In this document: piece after piece, positions 11,524 to 20,290 of the stretch
How positions within the stretch are numbered: the stretch's first letter is position 1
Layout of the letters: the number at the start of each line of letters is the position of its first letter
Source of the DNA: Bryobacterales bacterium
Lineage (GTDB): Bacteria; Acidobacteriota; Terriglobia; Bryobacterales; Bryobacteraceae
Direction of reading: 5' to 3'
Assembly (NCBI GenBank): GCA_016789755.1
Contig: JAEUQG010000088.1
Span: 449-64,448, forward strand
Length of the DNA: 64,000 nucleotides
Program-made: the position numbers and the translations under genes
The notes under the pieces: generated by a model
Database searches by the model: none
Told to the model about the DNA's origin: nothing
The model's input: only the letters and a program-made list of their open reading frames with translations

Positions 11524-11997
11524 TTAGGATACGCCCTTGCTCTTCGCTTTCGCAGCAGGAGCCCTGGTAACACTCGCGGCGGGCTTTCGCGGCGTCTTCC
11601 GGCGCAGCAGCCGGGCCACCGCGCGCACAAGCTGATGCACTTCGTTGGCGCTCTTCTGAATCACCGCGTCCGAGCCCGTGTTCTCTTCCGTCAGTCCCAG
11701 CGTATCCACAAACCCCGAGATCAGAATCACCGGTGTCGCCGGGTGCATCTCCCGGATCTTGGCGATCAAATCCACGCCGCTCATGTGCGGCAGCTTGTAG
11801 TCGGTGATGATCAGATCGAAGGCGGTCGAAGCGATGATTGCCGCCGCGTCGATAGGATCGCTCGAGACGGTGATTGAGTAGCCGAGTTCCTGCAAAACGG
11901 CCTTTCGCGCGCTCAATCCATGGCGGTTGTCATCCACCAGGAGGATCTTCGCTGCGATGCTTGGGGAATCGGACGTTCGAACTGACACTCTCTTCAA
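11524..11997 (-). CDS. Single-domain response regulator (REC only)
   Basis: KILLVDDNRHG...FDLIITDYKLPHMSGVDLIAKIREMHPATPVILISGF shows the phospho-acceptor Asp context and a K-containing tail. No output domain is present. Confidence 0.85.
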   Translation of the reverse strand: MKRVSVRTSDSPSIAAKILLVDDNRHGLSARKAVLQELGYSITVSSDPIDAAAIIASTAFDLIITDYKLPHMSGVDLIAKIREMHPATPVILISGFVDTLGLTEENTGSDAVIQKSANEVHQLVRAVARLLRRKTPRKPAASVTRAPAAKAKSKGVS

Positions 11998-12175
11998 ACC
12001 ACTGCGAAGTTAGCAGAGCGCCGCGAAGTGTGTCAACGGCCCTGTAATCGCTTCGCAACAGAGAAGATTTTTTCCTTGACAAGAGCCATGCTGCATGAGG
12101 AACGGATTATGTTCGTGTGAGGCTGTTCCCACGCCACGTGCGCCGGGCCTCTGAGGGCTGGCATAATCGAGTACG

Positions 12176-13036
12176 ATGCAGCCAAAAATACCGATCGCCT
12201 CCATCACCGATGAGTTCTCTCCGGACTTCGCCGTGGCTCTGGATGCCATGGTGGAGATCGGAATGCATATAGCGGAATTGCGCGTGTTGTGGGGTAAGAA
12301 TATTCTGAACCTGAGCGATGAAGAGCTCGACAAGGCTCGCGATATGCTCGGCGAACGCAACATCGCCGTCGTCTCCATCGCCTCGCCTTTGTTGAAGTGC
12401 GTGTTGCCCGGCGCGCCCGCCATCGACACCCGTTTCCAGCACGATGTCTTCGCATCCGCCCACACCTTCGACGATCAGCCCCGCCTCACCGACCGCGCAT
12501 TCCATGTCGCGAAATTTTTCGGCGCAAAGGTCGTACGCGTGTTTTCCTACTGGAGAACCGTGGAGCCGGAGAAGTGCTTCGACGGCATTGTCGCCGCTCT
12601 CGACGGCCTCGCCCGCAAAGCGCAGCCCGAAGGGCTGATTGTCGGGCTGGAGAACGAGCACGCCTGCAACATTGCAACCGCCAGTGAAACAAAAAAAGTA
12701 CTGGACGTCTTGGATCATTCCAATCTGCAAGTGGTGTGGGACCCCGCCAATTGTCTCATCTCCGGGGAGGACCCGTTCCCGGCTGGATACAAGCTGCTGC
12801 CGCCGGCTCGCATCGCCCACGTTCATATCAAGGATTGCCACCTGGATGGGCACAAGCCGGTCTGGGGCCCCGTAGGAACTCGCGCCATTGACTGGAAGGG
12901 TCAGATTGCTGCCCTCCATGCCGATGGCTATCCCGGATGCATCAGTCTGGAAACCCACTGGCCCGGTCCCGGCGGGAACAAGTACGAAGCCAGTTGGATT
13001 TGCGGTTGGAATCTGCGCGGCTTGGCCTCGATGTAG
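12176..13036 (+). CDS. Sugar phosphate isomerase/epimerase (xylose-isomerase-like TIM barrel)
   Basis: IASITDEFS.DF...EIGMHIAELR...VVRVFSYW...LENEHACN...HVHIKDC...ISLETHW is the pattern of AP-endonuclease-2/xylose-isomerase-like TIM barrels. Confidence 0.75.
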   Translation: MQPKIPIASITDEFSPDFAVALDAMVEIGMHIAELRVLWGKNILNLSDEELDKARDMLGERNIAVVSIASPLLKCVLPGAPAIDTRFQHDVFASAHTFDDQPRLTDRAFHVAKFFGAKVVRVFSYWRTVEPEKCFDGIVAALDGLARKAQPEGLIVGLENEHACNIATASETKKVLDVLDHSNLQVVWDPANCLISGEDPFPAGYKLLPPARIAHVHIKDCHLDGHKPVWGPVGTRAIDWKGQIAALHADGYPGCISLETHWPGPGGNKYEASWICGWNLRGLASM

Positions 13037-13043
13037 CCGTTGC

Positions 13044-14675
13044 TTAGTTGCCGAGCAGGAAGAGGCTCGCCTTGGCTTCGATGTCGTTGGGCCAGAGGTT
13101 CAACAGTTGCTGAAGCTGGCGGCGGGCTTCTTCTTTCTTGCCTTCGGCGATGAGGCAGTCGGCAATGCCGCGGAGTGCCGTGGGATTGTTGGGTTCCATC
13201 GCCAGTACCGCGTTGAAGTGTCCGCGCGCTTGTTCGATCTTTCGCAGCCGGAAGGCCACCAGAGCGGCTTCCAGCCGCACCATGCTCTTGGCGGGCTCCA
13301 GGCGGATCGCTTCTTCGTACAATTCGAGAGCTCGGGCGTTATCGCCTGCCTGGCGTTTGACGGATGCCAGATTGATCAGCATGGAGTCGTTGTCCTTGGT
13401 CACAGCCAGCGTGTGTTCAAAAAGCGTAGTGCTGTCCTTCCAGTGCGAGGTTTGAAGCAGCGAGACGAATGACAGGATGCCCAGCATTAGCCCGATGCAC
13501 GCGGCGCGGACCGGGAGTGGAATGCGGAAGTGCACGGCAAGTGCTGCCAGTGCCCACGAAACGGCGATGGCGATCCCGATCATCGGCAGATAGGTGAAGC
13601 GGTCGGCCATGGCTTGCGTGCCGGCCTGCGCCAGGCCCAGCATCGGAACCATGGCGCCCAGAAACCACAACCAGCCCACAATCAGGTGCGGGCACTGCTT
13701 GCGCCTCAGCCACACCAACGCCGTGACGGCGGCAAGCAGCACAATAGCTGCAAACAGCGTGCCGGGTGGGATCTTGCCGAACGGGTACATCACCCCCAGC
13801 CCTGAGGGCCAGAACATTTTCCCCAAATAGCGCATATAGCTCACCAGCCCGTTCCACACACGGAAGTAGATCGGTAGAGCCTCCAGCGAGACAATGGCCC
13901 CCATCTTCCGCTGGCCGGCGAAGGTGATGAAACTGACGATGCCCGCCAGCACCAGCATCGGCGTCTTTTCCATCAGCATCGCCTTGCATCCGGCGAAATC
14001 GCGCCAGCGCCGAAGTGGCCAGTAGTCCAGCAATACCAGGATGAACGGAAGCGTAACCACGCTCGGCTTGCTCATCAACCCGAGGCCGAATAGCACCGTG
14101 GCCAGACGCAAACGGTTCGCCGCCGGGCGGCGCGCGTAAGATGCATAAGCGAGCAGCGTCAGCATCCAGAAGAAGCCGCTCAGCACGTCCTTGCGCTCCG
14201 CGATCCAGGCCACGCTCTCCACTCGTAGCGGGTGCACTGCGAACAGGGCCGCGGCGATCGCGCTGCGCCACAGCGTCCCCGTCAGCCGATGCAGCGCGAG
14301 CAATAGCAGCACGGCATTCAGGCAATGCCACACAAGATTGACCACATGGTGCGGACCCGCGCGCAGGCCGAACAGTTGCACATCGATCATGTGCGAAATC
14401 CACGTCAGAGGCTGCCAGTAGTAGTAGCCCGCCGACGTCAGCGCCCAGCGGACATTGGCCCAAGTCAGTCCGCTGTTGACATTCGGATTCTCGTGAAGAT
14501 ACATCGTATCGTCCAGCCGCACGAAGTCATGCGATGCGGTTTGCGCATAAATCAGAATGCAGGCCAGGACGATGGTGAGCCCCGCCCACCCCAGCAGCAG
14601 ACGCTCATTGCCGGGGCGGATCGTTGGGGATACGGGCGTGTCGGCCGGGGATTTCGATTTCCTCGCTTTTGCCAT
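13044..14675 (-). CDS. GT-C fold (TMTC/PMT-like) membrane protein with C-terminal TPR repeats
   Basis: Multiple TM segments. There is a first-loop HDFVRLDD motif and a C-terminal TPR-like region (ALELYEEAIRLEPA..., ARGHFNAVLAMEPNNPTALRGIADCLIAEGKKEEA). The start is trimmed to the ATG at 14675 to avoid overlap with aat (alternatives 14693 and 14741). Confidence 0.75.
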   Translation of the reverse strand: MAKARKSKSPADTPVSPTIRPGNERLLLGWAGLTIVLACILIYAQTASHDFVRLDDTMYLHENPNVNSGLTWANVRWALTSAGYYYWQPLTWISHMIDVQLFGLRAGPHHVVNLVWHCLNAVLLLLALHRLTGTLWRSAIAAALFAVHPLRVESVAWIAERKDVLSGFFWMLTLLAYASYARRPAANRLRLATVLFGLGLMSKPSVVTLPFILVLLDYWPLRRWRDFAGCKAMLMEKTPMLVLAGIVSFITFAGQRKMGAIVSLEALPIYFRVWNGLVSYMRYLGKMFWPSGLGVMYPFGKIPPGTLFAAIVLLAAVTALVWLRRKQCPHLIVGWLWFLGAMVPMLGLAQAGTQAMADRFTYLPMIGIAIAVSWALAALAVHFRIPLPVRAACIGLMLGILSFVSLLQTSHWKDSTTLFEHTLAVTKDNDSMLINLASVKRQAGDNARALELYEEAIRLEPAKSMVRLEAALVAFRLRKIEQARGHFNAVLAMEPNNPTALRGIADCLIAEGKKEEARRQLQQLLNLWPNDIEAKASLFLLGN

Positions 14676-14706
14676 CGTTCGATCTTTCAGCATAGCCTGA
14701 GAAGGA

Positions 14707-15300
14707 GTGGATGTTGTCAAGGTCAGTAAAACATTAGACACAGAAAGTGTTTTGGCGGGCTATCGTGAAGGCCTGTTCCCGATGGGATACCGGGGGCGGC
14801 GCCTGATCACGTGGCATTGCCCCGAACAGCGCGCGCTCCTGCCGTTGGATGCACTGCACGTGCCGCGTTCCCTGGCGCGGCGCATGCGCAAAGGCGGCTA
14901 TCGGGTGACATTCGACGCCGCCTTCGGCCAGGTGATGCGGGCGTGCGCCGAGCGCGAGTCGACTTGGATCACGCGAGACATCTTCCGCGTCTACGGCGAG
15001 TTGCACGCCTTGGGCAAAGCCCATTCCGTCGAGGTGTGGGTGGACGAACAGTTGGCGGGCGGATTGTACGGCGTGCACCTGGGGGCCGCCTTCTTCGCCG
15101 AATCGAAATTCCATCGCCTCACAGACATGTCGAAGGTAGCCCTCGTTTCGATGGTCACCCGCCTCCGCCGGAGCGGATTCCAACTGTTCGAAGTCCAGTA
15201 CCGCACCCAGCACTTGGCCCAATTCGGAGTAGTCGAGCGCCCTCACACGGAGTATCGAAACCTCCTCGAAGCAGCCCTCGCTACGCAGCGGGCCTTCTAG
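14707..15300 (+). CDS. aat: Leucyl/phenylalanyl-tRNA--protein transferase
   Basis: LAGYREGLFPM...ITWHCPEQRALLPLDALHVPRSLARRMRK..YRVTFD.AF..VM.ACA...TWIT.D....Y.ELH..G.AHSVEVW.....AGGLYGV.LG..FF.ES.F. GTG start at 14707. Confidence 0.88.
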   Translation: MDVVKVSKTLDTESVLAGYREGLFPMGYRGRRLITWHCPEQRALLPLDALHVPRSLARRMRKGGYRVTFDAAFGQVMRACAERESTWITRDIFRVYGELHALGKAHSVEVWVDEQLAGGLYGVHLGAAFFAESKFHRLTDMSKVALVSMVTRLRRSGFQLFEVQYRTQHLAQFGVVERPHTEYRNLLEAALATQRAF

Positions 15301-15307
15301 CCGCTGC

Positions 15308-18064
15308 TCACCCCTTGCTGCGCTGCTCCCACATCACCAACAGGGCGCTGGCAACGAAAATGGACGAATAGGTTCCCGCGACGATGCCGATGAACAGTGC
15401 GAAAGCGATCCCGTTCAGCACCTCCCCGCCCAGGAAATACAGCGACAAACACGCAAGCAGCGTCGGGCCGGCTGTCAACAGCGTGCGGCTCAGAGTCTGG
15501 TTGATGGATACATTGACCAGTTCCGCCAGCGATGCTGCTTTCAGCTTGATCCGGTTCTCCCGCACGCGGTCGAAAACCACAATCTTGTCGTTCATCGAAT
15601 ACCCGATCAACGTCAGCAGCGCCGCGATGATGTTGAGGTTGATCTCCCGGCCGGTAAGTGAAAAAAGCCCGAGCGTGATCGCTACGTCGTGCAGCGTGGC
15701 GATCACGGCGGCCGTGCCCGAGATCCATTGGAACCGGTATGCGATGTACACCAGCATCCCCGCAAGTGCCCCCAGCGTGGCGTAGATTGCCTGCCGCCGC
15801 ATTTCCGCCCCCGCCTTGGGACCGACCATTTCCGCCGACCGCAGCGTGAAGCTCCCCAGGGCGCATTCGCGCCGTATCGCCGCCATGACCTCCGGCCCCG
15901 CGGCCGCTCCCAGTTCGTCGAGATTCGTCACGATCCCGTTGCGCTGTTTGTCGCGGTAATCCACGATGCGCGCGACGCTTTGCTGCAGCGCCTCGTCGGA
16001 AACCGTCAGACCGGCGTTGCGGAGCCGCTCTTCAATCGCGCTCCGGCCCGCATTGTTCAGATCGAGCTTCGCGCCGGTGTTGGCGTATTTCTCGCGCAGA
16101 GCCTGCCGCACGCTTTCGCGTGTGCGCTCCAGCGCGGACTCGTCTTCGATACCCGTGCCGATAATGAACTCCCCGTTTTCCCGCGTTTCCTGAACGCTGA
16201 CCTCCCCCGGCAGTTTGGCCGACAGCAGGGCGCGCACTTCGTCGATCGGCGGCTTCGGATCGAAACGCGCATAAATCAGCGTCCCTCCGCGGAAATCGAG
16301 TCCGTACCGCAGGCCCCCTTGCAGCGCGATACTGCCGATGCCGGCCGCGATAGCCAGCGCCGAAAGGCCCAACGTCAGATTGCGCCGGGAGAGGAAATCG
16401 AAGTTCGTGACAGAGGCTTGCTCGTTGCGCCGCGCGCCGATGCTCAGTTCATCCAGGCGCGGGTTCCGGTAAAGCTGCCAATCGAAGATGGCTCTCGATA
16501 CGAACACCGCGGTGAACAGGTTGGCGATCAAACCGATCACCAGCGTAACCGCGAAGCCTCGCACCGGCCCCGTTCCGAACAGGAAAAGAAACAGGCTTGC
16601 CACAACCGTCGTCACGTGCGTGTCGATGATGGTCACAAGCGCCCTGTCGAACCCCGCGGAGATGGCGCCCGCCACGTTACGCCCTGCCCGCAGTTCCTCT
16701 TTGATGCGCTCGAAAATGAGAACGTTCGAATCGACGGCCATCCCGATGGAGAGCACAAGACCGGCAATGCCGGGCAGGGTCCACGTGGCGTCGATATAGC
16801 TCAGCGCCGCAACGGTGATGATCGTGTTCAGCAGCAGCGCCAGCACGGCGTTGATGCCCGCGCCGCGATAGTACAGCACCATCGAGGCAACCACCAGCGC
16901 AAGCCCCAGCAGCCCCGCCGTGATGCCCCGGCGGATCGAATCGGCGCCAAGCGACGGGCCCACCGTCCGGTCAGCGCCAACTTTGATGCCCGCCGGAAGG
17001 CTGCCCGCCCTGAGATTCAGCGCCAGGTCCGCCGCCTCCTGTTGCGACCCCATGCCCAGGATGCGGCCCTGGTCTTCGATCCGGCCTTCGATAACCGGAG
17101 CGCTGATCACCGCCTTGTCTAAGACGATCGCCAGGCGCTGGCCAATGTTCGTCTCGGTGTAGCGCGCGAAGCGCCGGGCCGCGTCCTGGCTCAGCACAAA
17201 GTTGGTATCCCAACGGTCGGCGCGGTCGCCCGGCGCCGCTTTGGCGTCGCGAATGTCGCGCCCCATCGCCACCGGGGAATTGGCCACCAGCCACCAGCTT
17301 TCCGTTCCGCCGTCCGTCGCCGTGCGCGCCCCACGCATCAGTTTCGTGCCCAGCGGGAGCACCCCGTTGTTGGATAGATATGCTTGGTCGCGCGTCGCGA
17401 ACGGCCCGCCTTTGACCGCGTAGAGTTCCAGCAGCGCCGCCGTTTGGAGAATCCCCCGCACACGCGCCGGATCGTCAAGTCCAGGAAGTTGCACCAGCAA
17501 CTCCGTGTCTCCGCCCGTGCCTCCGCGCAGTTGCACGCTGGCTTCGGCAACCCCCAGCGCGCTGATCTTGCGATCCATCGTGTTCAGCGTCTGCGTCATC
17601 GTTTCGCGGGTCAACTCGACCGCGGCTTCCGGCTTGAGGCTCAGCGTGTAGTCGGACGAAGAGCTCGACGCAATGCTCCATTGCGCTCCGGCCGCTTCGG
17701 AGATCGCGCGCCGCGCCTCCGCGGACTTGCCCGCATCGATGCCTTTGATCTGGATCTGGATCGACCCCGCCGTCTCCACCGTCGGGGGATCGTTGCGGTC
17801 AACCGAAGAGTAAACGGCATTCTGCTTCGTCAGCGTGTCTTTGATACGGGCAATGATCTGATCGGCTTCCGCTTTGAACGCATCCTGAATCTGTACCTGA
17901 AGTACGATATGGGCGCCGCCCTGCAAATCAAGCCCGAGGCGGATGTTCTTTTTCCAGTTCGCCATGAGTTGGTCCTTGGAACTGGGCAGTCCCGCCACCC
18001 CGAACATGCAGCCCAGAACAATGGATAGAATGACAATCCACTTATAGAGGAGTGTTTTCGGCAT
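15308..18064 (-). CDS. secDF: Fused protein-export membrane protein SecD/SecF
   Basis: 918 aa. The SecD part has LGLDLQGGAHIVLQV and LNLRAGSLPA plus 6 TM segments. The SecF part follows, with a second TM bundle (IYATLGALAGMLVYIAYRF...SMNDKIVVFDRVREN). Confidence 0.92.
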   Translation of the reverse strand: MPKTLLYKWIVILSIVLGCMFGVAGLPSSKDQLMANWKKNIRLGLDLQGGAHIVLQVQIQDAFKAEADQIIARIKDTLTKQNAVYSSVDRNDPPTVETAGSIQIQIKGIDAGKSAEARRAISEAAGAQWSIASSSSSDYTLSLKPEAAVELTRETMTQTLNTMDRKISALGVAEASVQLRGGTGGDTELLVQLPGLDDPARVRGILQTAALLELYAVKGGPFATRDQAYLSNNGVLPLGTKLMRGARTATDGGTESWWLVANSPVAMGRDIRDAKAAPGDRADRWDTNFVLSQDAARRFARYTETNIGQRLAIVLDKAVISAPVIEGRIEDQGRILGMGSQQEAADLALNLRAGSLPAGIKVGADRTVGPSLGADSIRRGITAGLLGLALVVASMVLYYRGAGINAVLALLLNTIITVAALSYIDATWTLPGIAGLVLSIGMAVDSNVLIFERIKEELRAGRNVAGAISAGFDRALVTIIDTHVTTVVASLFLFLFGTGPVRGFAVTLVIGLIANLFTAVFVSRAIFDWQLYRNPRLDELSIGARRNEQASVTNFDFLSRRNLTLGLSALAIAAGIGSIALQGGLRYGLDFRGGTLIYARFDPKPPIDEVRALLSAKLPGEVSVQETRENGEFIIGTGIEDESALERTRESVRQALREKYANTGAKLDLNNAGRSAIEERLRNAGLTVSDEALQQSVARIVDYRDKQRNGIVTNLDELGAAAGPEVMAAIRRECALGSFTLRSAEMVGPKAGAEMRRQAIYATLGALAGMLVYIAYRFQWISGTAAVIATLHDVAITLGLFSLTGREINLNIIAALLTLIGYSMNDKIVVFDRVRENRIKLKAASLAELVNVSINQTLSRTLLTAGPTLLACLSLYFLGGEVLNGIAFALFIGIVAGTYSSIFVASALLVMWEQRSKG

Positions 18065-18115
18065 TGGAATACAATTTCCCTTCTTGATTCAATCTTGTTT
18101 TCAATAAACATGGAA

Positions 18116-18141
18116 GCATCGCTCGCGCGCGGGAGCGATGC
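18116..18141 (-). terminator. Hairpin upstream of secDF (candidate terminator of the small ORF 18157..18513)
   Basis: gcatcgctc (18116..18124) pairs with gagcgatgc (18133..18141): a 9-bp stem with an 8-nt loop. On the minus strand it sits 15 nt after a TAA and is followed by ttccatgtttattg. Confidence 0.35.
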
Positions 18142-18156
18142 GGAGAGGGCAGCGAA

Positions 18157-18513
18157 TTAGGATTGAGAAGGGGGTGCGCGCCCGCGGTCGGGCGAGCCTT
18201 GGGCTTGGATTCGGACCAACTGCCTCCGCCCGGCGCAGGAGCCGTTCCGAATGCTGGGAGCCGCTAGCGCTCCCGAAGCGAGTTCCGCGAACAGCGTGTA
18301 AGCAGCCCTCGGATTGGAGCATTCCCCGCCCGCATTCGCCCACAGAGAGGCCGCGGAAGGAAGCTGCGTCGCCCCGCATCCGCGCGATTCTTTGTGGCTC
18401 TGAAGGGCTCTGTCGGCCGAAGGTGTGACCCCGCTCACCGCGGCGGCGGACACCAGCCACAGCAGGCCGGCAAATATTCCGGCGGGCCAGGCGGCAATGC
18501 GTCGCGGCTTCAG
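18157..18513 (-). CDS. Possible small secreted protein with non-canonical CTG start (speculative)
   Basis: The frame of ORF 18157..18453(-) is open upstream. GGGAGGAG (18523..18530) lies 8 nt before a CTG at 18513, giving (M)KPRRIAAWPAGIFAGLLWLVSAAAVSG, a signal-peptide-like N-terminus. A hairpin follows the stop codon. I recognise no family. Confidence 0.3.
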   Translation of the reverse strand: MKPRRIAAWPAGIFAGLLWLVSAAAVSGVTPSADRALQSHKESRGCGATQLPSAASLWANAGGECSNPRAAYTLFAELASGALAAPSIRNGSCAGRRQLVRIQAQGSPDRGRAPPSQS

Positions 18514-18602
18514 GAAAACAACTCCTCCCGTGAGGATAGCAGAAATGGCGGATTATTTCTGTCTTTTTTACCGCCCGCTGGAAAATGGAAGCGCCGCGCC
18601 TC

Positions 18603-19778
18603 TCACGCCCGAAGCAGCTCGGCCAGACGCTTTCCCGTGGTTCTGTGTTCCGCGCCGCTCATCATCCAGACACTCACCGTCAGCGTCCGCGGTCCGCGCA
18701 ACAGCGTGTAGATGGCCGGCGAGCCTTCCAACAATTTGTCGTGGATTTGTTTTGCCGACACCCGGCCCGGCGCGTCGAACTCCAGCGTCAGGTGAGGAAC
18801 CGCGTTGGCGATTTCCGGCACGAACCGCGTCATCTTGACGCCGGGCACTTCCCCGATCAGCTTCGTCATCTCCGCCACCCGCCGCTCCATCTCGCGGGCT
18901 TCCGCTTCATGGTCGATGCGCAGGAAACGCTCCACCGCGGCGATCATGCCCGCAATTTCTTCCTTCCCCACCTTCATCCCCCGCCCGATTCCCCCATACG
19001 GACTCTGGCCTTCCGTCGCCGCTTCGATCAGATCTTTGCGCCCCAGCAGCAGACCCGCCGATTGCGGGCCCTGCAGTCCCTTGCCGCCGGAAAATGCCAC
19101 CAGATCGAACCCGTCGCGGTTGACGTAATTCCACAGGTTTTCTTTCGGCGGAACGTCGGCTGCCGCATCGTTGAATGTGGGAACGCCGCGCTCCTTGGCA
19201 ATGCGCACAAATTCGGCCCGCTGGATTTTGCCTTCTTTCTCCGCCTTGTTCATGTAAAAGAGCATCGCGGTTTGCGCCCCGATCGCCCGCCGCAACTCCT
19301 CCGCCGTCTCGATCGTCACGACGTTGGCCCCCGCCATGGTCATCTGGTGCTCGTAGCCTGAACGGTGCGTTCTCTGCATGACGACGTCGCGCGGCCCGCC
19401 CGCCGTTTCGGGCAGCGCTTGCAGACGCTTCTTGTCGCCCCGGCTCAAACAGGCTATCGTGCCCACTGAGATCGATGCCGCCGCGCCTCCCGTTACCATC
19501 GCGGCCGGTACGTTCAAAATCTTCGCCAGATGCGCCCCGGCCTTCTTCTGAAGTTCGGGAAGATGTACGAAGTGCTTCGCCGCATCGTCCATCGCTTGGA
19601 TCACTTCCGGTGGCATGAGGGACCCGCCCAGCACGGTCACCGTCCCCATGCCGTTGATGATGGGCTTCACGCCCAGGCGTTCGTAAACAGCGGCGGAACT
19701 GCCTTTCGAGGCGGGCTTGGCGGCCATGACTGGGGCGGCAGCGGCGGTCTGCAGTAAGAGGCGGCGCGTCGTTTTCAT
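18603..19778 (-). CDS. SelA/DgaE-like PLP-dependent enzyme with twin-arginine signal
   Basis: Trimmed to the ATG at 19778: MKTTRRLLLQTAAAAPVMAAKPASKG (TAT-like). SelA-family motif FSGGKGLQGPQSAGLLLGRKDLI, with the presumed PLP Lys. Confidence 0.8.
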   Translation of the reverse strand: MKTTRRLLLQTAAAAPVMAAKPASKGSSAAVYERLGVKPIINGMGTVTVLGGSLMPPEVIQAMDDAAKHFVHLPELQKKAGAHLAKILNVPAAMVTGGAAASISVGTIACLSRGDKKRLQALPETAGGPRDVVMQRTHRSGYEHQMTMAGANVVTIETAEELRRAIGAQTAMLFYMNKAEKEGKIQRAEFVRIAKERGVPTFNDAAADVPPKENLWNYVNRDGFDLVAFSGGKGLQGPQSAGLLLGRKDLIEAATEGQSPYGGIGRGMKVGKEEIAGMIAAVERFLRIDHEAEAREMERRVAEMTKLIGEVPGVKMTRFVPEIANAVPHLTLEFDAPGRVSAKQIHDKLLEGSPAIYTLLRGPRTLTVSVWMMSGAEHRTTGKRLAELLRA

Positions 19779-19865
19779 GGCACATATTGTATTCCAGTTT
19801 TCGTCCCCTCGCCCGCATCGAAACACTTGTGCACGGCGGGCGGCAAGCATGGTTAAAATATCTTA

Positions 19866-20267
19866 ATGAGCTATCTGGACAACCTGGAAAACCAGTTGAA
19901 GAGCCTGGAGCGGCAAGAGGAACGCGATCCGGCGAGGATTCAGGAAGAACGCGACCGCGCCGCCCGCGAACGCAACAGCCGCAAAGCCGCCGGACCATAC
20001 GCCGAACAGTTGCGCAGCGGCAAGTTCACGCAGGATCTGTTGGCCCATGCGACTCGGCTCGGCTTCGCCAAAAGGGCTAAAGTCCATTTGTCCTGGATCG
20101 ACACAACGCTGCGGCTCGAAGCGAAACAACTGCGCCTGGAATTGAAGCCGACCGGCGAAGGCGTGGTGGCTCATTTTCTCGACGGCGGGCAGGAAACCGG
20201 CACGGAGCGTGTCGATCTGAACGGGGATGCGGCCAGCCTGGCAGAGAAGTGGATCGCCGGGCTGTAG
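19866..20267 (+). CDS. Hypothetical protein (133 aa)
   Basis: Clean ORF in an intergenic slot, with a charged coiled-coil-like N-terminus (NLENQLKSLERQEERDPARIQEERDRAARE). No family recognised. Confidence 0.55.
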   Translation: MSYLDNLENQLKSLERQEERDPARIQEERDRAARERNSRKAAGPYAEQLRSGKFTQDLLAHATRLGFAKRAKVHLSWIDTTLRLEAKQLRLELKPTGEGVVAHFLDGGQETGTERVDLNGDAASLAEKWIAGL

Positions 20268-20290
20268 TGGTAAACTGGCTGGCGACTCCC

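Noticed and set aside
12010-12958. Minus-strand ORFs 12010..12465 and 12107..12958
   Set aside because: They are antisense to or overlap the TIM-barrel isomerase gene (12176..13036), which has family-typical motifs. Their translations are low complexity.
15689-17122. 477-aa plus-strand ORF
   Set aside because: It is antisense to secDF. The translation is R/H/Q-rich with no motifs.
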